Below are positions 12,098-22,708 of a DNA stretch of 64,000 nucleotides, one piece after another. The translations under genes and the position numbers were made by a program. Under the pieces are notes generated by a model. That model was given only the letters and a program-made list of their open reading frames with translations. It was not told the DNA's origin and did no database searches. Origin of the DNA: Eledone cirrhosa (Eukaryota); the NCBI GenBank assembly GCA_964016885.1, contig OZ024742.1, positions 50,778,001 to 50,842,000 on the forward strand, read 5' to 3'. Within the stretch, counting starts at the first letter, position 1, and every line of letters starts with the position of its first letter.

Positions 12098-15000
12098 ATT
12101 ATTATTATTATTATTGTTGTTATTCCTTGAATCTCAGTCATTGATGTTGGTTAACTGGAAAGTCCGTTGGAATAAATATCAAGCCACTACCTGCAGCCTC
12201 AGATATTCAGGACGTATCGGAGGGTTCTTGCTGTTCCAAGCAAGCATGCTTTTTGAAGCGTTCCAAAAAGCGTGAAGGGGCCGATTTTCTTTAACCATCC
12301 CTGGAAACTTTTGGAGATAGTCCCCAGTGCGCCTATGACAATCGGGATCACTTTGACTTCATGGCAGTTCCAAATCCTTTTCACCTCCCACTTTAGGTCC
12401 TGGTATCGGTTAATTTTCTCCCTCTCCTTCTCTTGCACTCTCGTGTCGAAAGGACAGGCCACATCCACAATCAGACACGATCTTTTTTCTTTGTCCACAA
12501 CAACCAGGTCAGGTCTATTGTGTTCCAGTTTTTTGTCCGTCTGTATCCTAAAATCCCACAGCACCTTCACCTGATTGTTCTCCATCACCGCCTCTGGCCT
12601 ATGCTCATACCATTTCTCAGAATGTGGTAAATTGTTTACTTTGCACAGGTGCCAGTGGACACCCTGCCCATCACATCGTGTCTCCAGCCCTTATAGTGGG
12701 TCTGGGCTAGGTGTTTACACTCGGACACAATGTGAGCCACAGTCTCCTCTCTCTCTCCACAGATCCTGCACAGTGGGCTAGCCTCCTCCTTGTAAATATG
12801 GTGCTTCAACCACTTCGTTTTGAGGGCCTGCTCCTGCGCAGCCATTAGCATTCCTTCTGTAGCCTTTTTGAGGTCTCCTCTTCTCAACCAGTTCCATGTC
12901 TGTGGATCTCTAAATTCAGTTTTCTCAAAGAAGGTACTATGAACGGATTTTCCCTTAAGGCTGCTCTTCCTCCTTGATGTTATTTCCTCCTTGGACATCC
13001 CCTGGCCTACTGTCCCCTCCTTCAGTACAGTTCTGAGCATTGGCTCCTTACTATAGGTCACGTATTTGTATAGGTTGTTTTTCTCCATCTGAACACAGTC
13101 CTCTATGCTGATAAGACCTCTTCCACCCTCAGATCTCCTTAGGTAGAGTCTATCGACATCACTCCTCTTGTGGAACATGTTGTAGATAGTCAATAGCTTC
13201 CTGGTCTTCCTATCCATTTCTTTTTGTTCAGCAACATTCCATCTCAGAATTCCCGCACTGTACCTAATAATAGACACAGCTCGGGAATTTACTGCGCTTA
13301 TGGCATTTCTGCTGTTCAGATGTGACTTCAATACGCTCCTTACTCTCCGAATGTATTCAGTTCTTAACAATTTCTTCATTTTTTTGTTCTTTATGCCATC
13401 AGCCTCCAGAACGCCCAAATACTTGTATCCTTCCTCAGAGTCAATGTCCTTTATCATCTCACCTGTTGGTATGTGGATCCCGTTACTTCTGCTCAACCTA
13501 CTCCTCCTCATCACAATGACTCCACATTTACTAATACCAAACTGCATACATATATCACTGCTGAAAATACGGACAGTGTCAACAAGCACATCCAACTCCT
13601 TCTCACTTTTCCCGAAGAGCTTAAGATCGTCCATGAAGAGGAGGTGATTGATGGTAAGCTCTCCCTTTCCCAACTTGTATCCTGCTCTCACTTTTCGCAG
13701 CATAATGGTCAAGGGCATCAGGGCAAGGACAAACAACAGAGGGGACAGGCTATCTCCCTGGAAGATACCTCTCTTGATCTTCACGCTTCCCAAGGATACT
13801 CCAGTTGATGTCAACTCTGTCTCCCAGGACCCCATACTCCTGCCCAGCAACTGTCTGATGTTATTTGCCACCCTGAAGATCTCCAGTCTTTTGGTGATCC
13901 AAGAATGAGGCACCGTGTCAAATGCCTTTCTGTAGTCTATCCATCCCATGGCAAGATCAGTGTGTCTCCTCCTGCAATTCCCCATTACCATCTTATCAAT
14001 AAGTAACTGGTCCTTTGTACCACGTGACTTCTTTCGGCATCCTTTCTGTTCGTCCGGTAACAAGTTGTTTGTGTGGAGGTGATGGTAGATTTCCTCAGAC
14101 ACAATGCTCGTCAACAGTTTCCACATTACGGACAGACATGTGATAGGTCTATAGTTGGTAACATCATTACCCTTGATTCGGTCTTTCATTATCAGAACTG
14201 TGGTACATTTTGTCAACCACTCTGGCACCTCACCCGACACCAAGCAGTCATTGAACATGGCCGTCAGCTTCGGGTGGAGGGATGTTAAATTTTTAATCCA
14301 ATACCCCTGCACACCATCTGGGCCTGGTGATTTCCAGTTGGTTAGTTTTTTGGCCTGCCCCTTAAGAGTTTCAACTGTGATACTCAAATCAGTTTGTTGG
14401 TGTGCCTGCTCACCGATCTCCCTCTGTACTGTCTCAATCCACCCTGCCTGGACATTATGTCTAACATCCTGCTCCCATATTCCTCTCCAGAATGTTTTAG
14501 TTTGCTCCGCCCCAGGGATCAAGTCGTTGCCTCTTTCTTTCCCCTCAAGCTGTCCAAACAGCATCTTCTGGTTGTTGTCGAACATGCGGTTCTGTTTATA
14601 CTGACTGACTCTGTTCTCGTATCGCCTGATTTTTGCACTCTTTGCTACAATGCGTTGCTTCAGTTTCTCTATGATAATATTTAGCTTTTTCCTCCTAGTT
14701 TTGTACTTTATTTCCAGTCTATTTTTAGTGCCTATGTTTTTTAGTGTCCCATTCAGTAGTGACTCAAGCTTTCCTATGTCATTTCTCATTTCCCCGATTT
14801 GACCACTCAGTCGTTTCTTCCACCACGGCTCTGCTCTTTCTTGTCTGTTGTTTCCTCTCGCTTTTATACCAAGTAGTTTCCTCACCGTCTTTGCTGTTGC
14901 TTTGAAGATATTGTTGCACTGGTGAAGGCTCCTCGCCTCAAGGTATGGGATGACTTTGTTTACCTTAGCTTTTGTTTCTTTTAACTTTTTCCTGTCTACA

Positions 15001-16059
15001 AATCTTAGGTTCACAGGTCTCCCACTATCATTGTTCAATTCATCTACCACTAAATTTAGGATGTCAACCGAATCTTGTCCTAGCCCGTCAGCATTCATCT
15101 CCTCAGTGGCCGTATCCTTGTTCCAGGTATTATTTATCTCAGTATTCAGATCACTGTCTGCTTCGGGTGGTTCCTCCGTTCTCAGGACCTCTTCACCTTC
15201 ATTTCCCACTGGCTCGCTTGTCTGGCATACTACACCCGCCATCTCCAAGCCATTCTCTCTGCTCAGTTCCTCCAGTTCCAGCTCGCTTATCCACCCATTA
15301 GTTCTTATTACCCGAGCCTGCCCGGCCAATTTTTGTTCATCTAATTTAAATAGACCAATCTCGTTCCAGATGTTATGCATCCGTCTCCTGTAGCCCCTCT
15401 CCTTGGGGTTACTTTTCAGGTAACATTGCATAACAGTTCTATTCAATTCTTTCGTCCAGTTGGTTCTGGCCCCTTTCCTTCTTCTTCTTCCTCCAACATC
15501 AGCAGTATTTGGTTGACAGTCAGGTTGCTGCTACTGAGCCAGGGGGCACCTGTTGGGTGAGTGTCTGTCACATGACGTTCTAGTCTCCATTTCACCGTTA
15601 TTCGAACTGTTTATGTTCGATATTTAAACACTATTATCGAAGATTGGCGAATGTATGGTTACATAGCCATCTGTGGATTCGTCGTTCCACTTGGCCCTTG
15701 TGTGGCATTATCACCACGCTGTATACGAACACACATAAACAAACAAACACACAGGCAGAAAGGGCCCCAAAAATGAATAAGCATAAGTTTCATTGTAATG
15801 TAGTGTTCGAATGTCTGACTTAGTTTTTGTTTTTTTAGTTTTAGTTTTTCCCCCCTCTTCTCTGTCCGTCCGCCTGCTTCTCTCTTCATTCTTATTTTCT
15901 TTACGTTTTTTGTTTTTTTTTGTTTTTGTTTTTCTCTGTTTGTTTTTCTCGTTTGTTGCTGTTGTTGCTGTGCTGCTTTGGTTTTGTTGTTTGTTTTTTC
16001 TTTTTTCTTTTGAGTCTATCTATATATTTTGATGCCTTCCTCTTTTTTAGTAGTAGGAA

Positions 16060-16061
<2 letters not shown>
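12098..16061 (-). mobile_element. R4/Dong-clade RLE non-LTR retrotransposon, copy A (lacks distal 5' UTR)
   Basis: Near-identical to 16062-20038; 3' (TAA)n tail at 12098-12123. Confidence 0.93.
12199..15590 (-). pseudogene. Disrupted RT-RLE ORF of copy A
   Basis: Premature TAG at 15531-15533 and a 1-bp deletion at ~12660 (gtggac vs gtggatc in copy B) split it into 936-aa and 129-aa ORFs. Confidence 0.9.
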
Positions 16062-16093
<32 letters not shown>

Positions 16094-19000
16094 GTTATTG
16101 TTATTCCTTGAATCTCAGTCATTGATGTTGGTTAACTGGAAAGTCCGTTGGATTGAATATCAAGCCACTACCTGCAGCCTCAGATATTCAGGACGTATCG
16201 GAGGGTTCTTGCCGTTCCAAGCAAGCATGCCTTTTGAAGCGTTCCAAAAAGCGTGAAGGGGCCGATTTTCTTTAACCATCCCTGGAAACCTTTGGAGATA
16301 GTCCCCAGTGCGCCTATGACAATCGGGATCACTTTGACTTCATGGCAGTTCCAAATCCTTTTCACCTCCCACTTTAGGTCCTGGTATCGGTTAATTTTCT
16401 CCCTCTCCTTCTCTTGCACTCTCGTGTCGAACGGGCAGGCCACATCCACAATCAGGCACGATCTTTTTTCTTTGTCCACAACCACCAGGTCAGGTCTATT
16501 GTGTTCCAGTTTTTTGTCCGTCTGTATCCTAAAATCCCACAGCACCTTCACCTGACTGTTCTCCATCACCGCCTCTGGCCTATGCTCATACCATTTCTCA
16601 GAATGTGGTAGATTGTTTACTTTGCACAGGTGCCAGTGGATCACCCTGCCCATCACATCGTGTCTCCAGCCCTTATAGTGGGTCTGGGCTAGGTGTTTAC
16701 ACTCGGACACAATGTGAGCCACAGTCTCCTCTCTCTCTCCACAGATCCTGCACAGTGGGCTAGCCTCCTCCTTGTAGATATGGTGCTTCAACCACTTCGT
16801 TTTGAGGGCCTGCTCCTGCGCAGCCATTAGCATTCCTTCTGTAGCCTTTTTGAGGTCTCCTCTTCTCAACCAGTTCCATGTCTGTGGATCTCTAAATTCA
16901 GTTTTCTCAAAGAAGGTACTATGAAGGGATTTTCCCTTAAGGCTGCTCTTCCTCCTTGATGTTATTTCCTCCTTGGGTATCCCCTGGCCTACTGTCCCCT
17001 CCTTCAGTACAGCTCTGAGCATTGGCTCCTTACTATAGGTCACGTATTTGTATAGGTTGTTTTTCTCCATCTGAACACAGTCCTCTATGCTGATAAGACC
17101 TCTTCCACCCTCAGATCTCCTTAGGTAGAGTCTATCGACATCACTCCTCTTGTGGAACATGTTGTAGATAGTCAATAGCTTCCTAGTCTTCCTATCCATT
17201 TCTTTTTGTTCAGCAACATTCCATCTCAGAATTCCCGCACTGTACCTAATAATAGACACAGCTCGGGAATTTACTGCGCTTATGGCATTTCTGCTGTTCA
17301 GATGTGACTTCAATACGCTCCTTACTCTCCGAATGTATTCAGTTCTTAACAATTCCTTCATTTTTTTGTTCTTTATGCCATCAGCCTCCAGAACGCCCAA
17401 ATACTTGTATCCTTCCTCAGAGTCAATTTCCTTTATCATCTCACCTGTTGGTATCTGGATCCCGTTACTTCTGCTCAACCTACCCCTCCTCATCACAATG
17501 ACTCCACATTTACCAATACCAAACTGCATACATATATCACTGCTGAAAATACGGACAGTGTCAACAAGCACATCCAACTCCTTCTCACTTTTCCCGAAGA
17601 GCTTAAGATCGTCCATGAAGAGGAGGTGATTGATGGTAAGCTCTCCCCTTCCCAACTTGTATCCTGCTCTCACTTTTCGCAGCATAATGGTCAAGGGCAT
17701 CAGGGCAAGGACAAACAACAGAGGGGACAGGCTATCTCCCTGGAAGATACCTCTCTTGATCTTCACGCTTCCCAAGGATACTCCAGTTGATGTCAACTCT
17801 GTCTCCCAGGACCCCATACTCCTGCCCAGCAACTGTCTGATGTTATCTGCCACCCTGAAGATCTCCAGGCTTTTGGTGATCCAGGAATGAGGCACCATGT
17901 CAAATGCCTTTCTGTAGTCTATCCATCCCATGGCAAGATCAGTGTGTCTCCTCCTGCAATTCCCCATTACCATCTTATCAATAAGCAACTGGTCCTTTGT
18001 ACCACGTGACTTCTTTCGGCATCCTTTCTGTTCGTCCGGCAACAAGTTGTTTGTGTGGAGGTGATGGTAGATTTCCTCAGACACAATGCTCGTCAACAGT
18101 TTCCACATTACGGGCAGACATGTGATAGGTCTATAGTTGGTAACATCATTACCCTTGATTCGGTCTTTCATTATCAGAACTGTGGTACCTTTTGTCAACC
18201 ACTCTGGCACCTCACCCGACACCAAGCAGTCATTGAACATGGCCGTCAGCTTCGGGTGGAGGGATGTTAAATGTTTAATCCAATACCCCTGCACACCATC
18301 TGGGCCTGGTGATTTCCAGTTGGTTAGTTTTTTGGCTTGCCCCTTAAGAGTTTCAACTGTGATACTCAAATCAGTCTGTTGCTGTGCCTGCTCACCGATC
18401 TCCCTCTGTACTGTCTCAATCCACCCTGCCTGGGCATTGTGTCTAACATCCTGCTCCCATATTCCTCTCCAGAATGTTTTAGCTTGTTCCGCCCCAGGGA
18501 TCAAGTCGGTGCCTCTTTCTTTCCCCTCAAGCTGTCCAAACAGCATCTTCTGGTTGTTGTCGAACATGCGGTTCTGTTTATACTGACTGACTCTGTTCTC
18601 GTATCGCCTGATTTTGGCACTCTTTGCTACAATGCGTTGCTTCAATTCCTCTATGATAATATTTAGCTTTTTACTCCTAGTTTTGTATTTTATTTCCAGT
18701 CTATTTTTAGTGCCTATGTTTTTTAGTGTCCCATTCAGTAGTGACTCAAGCTTTCCTATGTCATTTCTCATTTCCCCGATTTGCCCACTCAGTCGCTTCT
18801 TCCACCACGGCTCTGCTCTTTCTTGTCTGTTGTTTCCTCTCGCTTTTATACCAAGTAGTTTCCTCACCGTATTTGCTGTTGCTTTGAGGATATTGTTGCA
18901 CTGGTGAAGACTCCTCGCCTCAAGGTATGGGATGACTTTGTTTACCTTAGCTGTTGTTTCTTTTAACTTTTTCCTGTCTACAAATCTTAGGTTCATAGGT

Positions 19001-20469
19001 CTCCCACTATCATTGTTCAACTCATCTACCACTAAATTTAGGATGTCAACCGAATCTTGTCCTAGCCCGTCAGCATTCATCTCCTCAGTGGCCGTATCTC
19101 TGTTCCAGGTATTATTTATCTCAGTATTCAGATCATTGTCTGCTTCGGGTGGTTCCTCCGCTCTCAGGACCTCCTCACCTTCATTTCCCGCCGGCTCGCT
19201 TGTCTGGCATACTACACCCGCCATCTCCAAGCCATTCTCTCTGCTCAGTTCCTCCAGTTCCAGCTCGCTTATCCACCCATTAGTTCTTATTACCCGAGCC
19301 TGCCCGGCCAATTTTTGTTCATCTAATTTAAATAAACCAATCTCGTTCCAGATGTTATGCATCCGTCTCCTGTAGCCCCTCTCCTTGGGGTTACTTTTCA
19401 GGTAGCATTGCATAACAGTTCTATTCAATTCTTTCGTCCAGTTGGTTCTGGCCCCTTTCCTTCTTCTTCTTCCTCCAACATCAGCAGTATTTGGTTGACA
19501 GTCAGGTTCCTGCTGCTGAGCCAGGGGGCACCTGTTGGGTGAGAGTCTGTCACATGACGTTCTAGTCTCCATTTCACCGTTATTCGAACTGTTTATGTTC
19601 GATATTTAAACACTCTTATCGAGGATTGGCGAATGTATGTTTACATAGCCATCTGTGGATCCGCCATCCCACTTGGCCCTTGTGTGGCATTATCACCACG
19701 CTGTATACGGACACACATAAACAAACAAACACACGGGCAGAAAGGGTCCCAAAAATGAATAAGCATAAGTTTCATTGTAATGTAGTATTCGAATGTCTGA
19801 CTTAGTTTTTGTTTTTTAAGTTTTACTTTTTCCCCCCTCTTCTCTGTCCGTCCGCCTGCTTCTCTCTTCATTCTTATTTTCTTTACGTTTTTGGGGTTTC
19901 TTTTTTTGTTTTTGTTTTTCTCTGTTTTTCTCGTTTTTTACTGTTGTTGCTGTGCTGCTTTTGTTGTTTGTTTTTTCTTTTTTCTTTTGAGTCTATCTAT
20001 ATATTTTGATGCCTTCCTCTTTGTTAGTAGTAGGAATTCTATAATGTGGAAGTGGTAGCCAGCAGAGACTGGCGGCGTTGGCGATACTGAGACAGTGGTG
20101 GTGGTGATGTCGATACCGAGGCAGTGGTGGCGGTGATGCGACCGTATTACTGTAGTGATGGTGCTGTAGCGGTGGCAGCAGCAGTGAAGGAGTCAGGGGG
20201 TGGTGGCGGCGGTGATGGGATAGTGGTGGTAATGATGGCTGTAGTGAGCGGTGGCGGTGAAGGTGAAAATGCTGTTGTGTTTAGTGTACACAGATGATGG
20301 GGTGGGTGGTGTATCTAGTTTCTGGTGTTGGTGAGTTTCGCTGTCCTATATAGTGTAGCCAGAGGAGAGGAGGGGGGGGGGGGTTCTTCTTCTTCCATTT
20401 ATAGCCATTTTATTTTTTTTTGGATATACAGTGTACAATACAAAGTTGAATATTTGAATATTTGAGCCG
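16062..20469 (-). mobile_element. R4/Dong-clade RLE non-LTR retrotransposon, copy B, apparently full length
   Basis: Bounded by TAA repeats on both sides (16062-16104 and 20470-20520), with a ~75-nt 3' UTR. The 5' region beyond 20038 has weak similarity to 27820-28185, so the 5' boundary is inferred. Confidence 0.85.
16180..19572 (-). CDS. Intact 1130-aa retrotransposon protein: N-terminal Myb/SANT-like region, reverse transcriptase, CCHC zinc knuckle, restriction-like endonuclease
   Basis: Motifs WTKELN..MQCY, KSPGPDG, NYRPITCL, IDYRKAFD, GIFQGDSLSP, LFMDD, YKYLG, CRICGEREETVAHIVSEC, RHD, RPDLVV and IVDV..EKINRY. Confidence 0.95.
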   Translation of the reverse strand: METRTSCDRLSPNRCPLAQQQEPDCQPNTADVGGRRRRKGARTNWTKELNRTVMQCYLKSNPKERGYRRRMHNIWNEIGLFKLDEQKLAGQARVIRTNGWISELELEELSRENGLEMAGVVCQTSEPAGNEGEEVLRAEEPPEADNDLNTEINNTWNRDTATEEMNADGLGQDSVDILNLVVDELNNDSGRPMNLRFVDRKKLKETTAKVNKVIPYLEARSLHQCNNILKATANTVRKLLGIKARGNNRQERAEPWWKKRLSGQIGEMRNDIGKLESLLNGTLKNIGTKNRLEIKYKTRSKKLNIIIEELKQRIVAKSAKIRRYENRVSQYKQNRMFDNNQKMLFGQLEGKERGTDLIPGAEQAKTFWRGIWEQDVRHNAQAGWIETVQREIGEQAQQQTDLSITVETLKGQAKKLTNWKSPGPDGVQGYWIKHLTSLHPKLTAMFNDCLVSGEVPEWLTKGTTVLIMKDRIKGNDVTNYRPITCLPVMWKLLTSIVSEEIYHHLHTNNLLPDEQKGCRKKSRGTKDQLLIDKMVMGNCRRRHTDLAMGWIDYRKAFDMVPHSWITKSLEIFRVADNIRQLLGRSMGSWETELTSTGVSLGSVKIKRGIFQGDSLSPLLFVLALMPLTIMLRKVRAGYKLGRGELTINHLLFMDDLKLFGKSEKELDVLVDTVRIFSSDICMQFGIGKCGVIVMRRGRLSRSNGIQIPTGEMIKEIDSEEGYKYLGVLEADGIKNKKMKELLRTEYIRRVRSVLKSHLNSRNAISAVNSRAVSIIRYSAGILRWNVAEQKEMDRKTRKLLTIYNMFHKRSDVDRLYLRRSEGGRGLISIEDCVQMEKNNLYKYVTYSKEPMLRAVLKEGTVGQGIPKEEITSRRKSSLKGKSLHSTFFEKTEFRDPQTWNWLRRGDLKKATEGMLMAAQEQALKTKWLKHHIYKEEASPLCRICGEREETVAHIVSECKHLAQTHYKGWRHDVMGRVIHWHLCKVNNLPHSEKWYEHRPEAVMENSQVKVLWDFRIQTDKKLEHNRPDLVVVDKEKRSCLIVDVACPFDTRVQEKEREKINRYQDLKWEVKRIWNCHEVKVIPIVIGALGTISKGFQGWLKKIGPFTLFGTLQKACLLGTARTLRYVLNI

Positions 20470-20508
<39 letters not shown>

Positions 20509-20520
20509 ATTATTATTATT
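20470..20520. repeat. (ATT)n microsatellite between the 5' ends of the Dong-like and Tx1-like elements
   Basis: Direct reading; one AAT interruption. Confidence 0.95.
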
Positions 20521-20724
20521 GGCGACCTACGTAGGAAATCGTATTATCGTGAGCTACGCAAATGTTTGTTGTTTTCAGTTGTTGAAAATTGCCAAGTTTT
20601 GTTGTTAAGTGTTTATAAGGTCACAACATTTGCTTTCGCAAAAGGACACTCAAAAAGAGTGGGGTCTTGAGCCCAAAATTTTAACTTTTATAATTATCAA
20701 ACAAAAAATGTATTTGAAAATATC

Positions 20725-22400
20725 ATGGGCGACTCACAGCTACACCAGGCTGATAGCCTTCCTCACAAACTAACACCTCACATCAACACCACCATTGTAA
20801 ATATGACTACGTTTGCCAACACTAAAAATATAAGCAGTAGCAATAATATAAATTTGTCTCATGCAGCCATTCATTTCCCGCCATTACCAAAAACTGCAGG
20901 TGTTAAAGCCGCCACCACCACCACCACCGAGACAACCCCCACCCCCACCACCACAGCGACAACAGAAACAAAAGAAAAAAATAAATTAATTCGTGATATC
21001 GAAATGAATTCAACCAAAATGAACTCTTCCACACCGAACACCACTGACGCCACCACCACCACAACTAATTAATAATAACAAAAATAACGATAACAACAAC
21101 AGCAACAATGACATTAAGAAAACAACCCTGAGTTTTGCCAGAGTGGCAAAACTGTGCGAAGCATTTCAGGTAACTCAGGAGGAATTAGAAGAAGCCAAAA
21201 AAATGGTAAAGAAAGATGGGTACAGGGTCAGCCTCATCCCCACCCCCCCACCTAATAAAATAGAGCTTCGGCGCCTATGCACCGTGTCTTATCGAACAAT
21301 TAATATAAAACCGCGCCGAGTGGAACGGGCATCCGAGTTCCAAATCCAAAAAGCTTTGGGACATGTGTGGGCAAAAAAACCCACATCAGACGTGCGCAGA
21401 AGTATGGAACCGTGGACGTGTTCTTTTAAACACCACAGGAGGATAGAGTACACTCCATGTCCGCAAGAAGTGACGACTTCACACACGTCACAAGCTATTG
21501 TGGCCAGAGTCTCGTAAAGATCAGGGTCACCCACGTTCCACCGGCCATCTAAATTCCCTGGCTAATAGCTGCTGTCCTCGCCGGCATCGAATTCAACCCA
21601 AGATAATCGAAATAGCGAAAGAAAAGCAGAAGAACTGGTGCGGATCTGGGATGGAGCTGCAGATACAAGCGGACCAAAAAAGCATTGAGGAGATCCCAGA
21701 GGTAATACACCTCACTGACGGCAGCCATCTCACCGTAATTGTCTAGGGCATAAGGCCTAGGTGTGTCGTTTGTGTTGAAGGAACCCACCTAAGGGCTTTC
21801 TGCCCTCAGGCTAAAAGGTTGAGGTCACCTCTCATACTCACCCCAGTGACTCAACCATCAACACCACCAATACCACCACCAGCAGAGATGGCAACAACAA
21901 CTGTAGCAGCAACAACAGAAGCAACTGTAACAGCAACAACCCCAGCAACAGTAGCAAAACCACCACCACCACCACCCAACGCTTCAGAACTAGCACCAGC
22001 GCCTACACTATCCACCACGACACAACCAAAACTTACGCCTGTGGAGGATTTTCCACTCCCCGGCCTATCACAACTGGAGACAGATTGTGACGAAGAGGAG
22101 TGGGAAACAGTATAAGGAAAAAAGAAAAAAAGAAACCAACAAAGAAAAATTTCTATTCCTTCCCTCTCCAAAAACAAAATACAGAGGGAAACAAATAAAC
22201 TATCAAACAAAAAAGTTAGGACAGACATGCCACCATCCACACCAGCATCACCAACACCATCACCCCAAACACCAAGACCATCACCATCATTAACCCCACC
22301 ACCACCATCACCACAAAAGTCACCAAAATGCAAACAAACCCACAACAAACGCAAACAAAACAAGACAACCAAAACGATACACACTACAGAGCATTAATTT
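20725..22400 (+). pseudogene. Tx1-like ORF1 (gag-like), disrupted
   Basis: Fragmented ORFs; CVVCVEGTHLRAFC (CX2CX4HX4C) at 21762-21803 with Thr/Pro-rich flanks. The 3' limit is uncertain. Confidence 0.75.
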
Positions 22401-22708
22401 TGAACAACAACCAATTATTACACTACATCCAATATAACACCAGCATCACAGAAAAATAGTACACAACCACCCAAAAGTTCAAACAACCTCCACACATACA
22501 AATCACTCGCATCACACAGAAAACGTACATGACACTAAAACAAAAATTCCCCAAAGACATCGGAGACTTCCGACAAGCACTCTCCAGTAGGATTTATAAG
22601 GACAGCCTTTCTGAGGAGTTACACGCAGTGAAAAGGATGGAAAAACCGTTCTTCCTCTACGTGAAGTAAGGTAAGTGGTATTTCCCATCTTTTCCACTCC
22701 ATTTCAAC

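Noticed and set aside
12272-19542. Many + strand ORFs duplicated between the two copies
   Set aside because: Antisense shadows of the retrotransposon ORF.
19573-20469. HDV-like ribozyme expected by analogy with R2 5' UTRs
   Set aside because: Could not fit the P1/P1.1/P2/P3/P4 nested pseudoknot by eye; a computational scan is needed.
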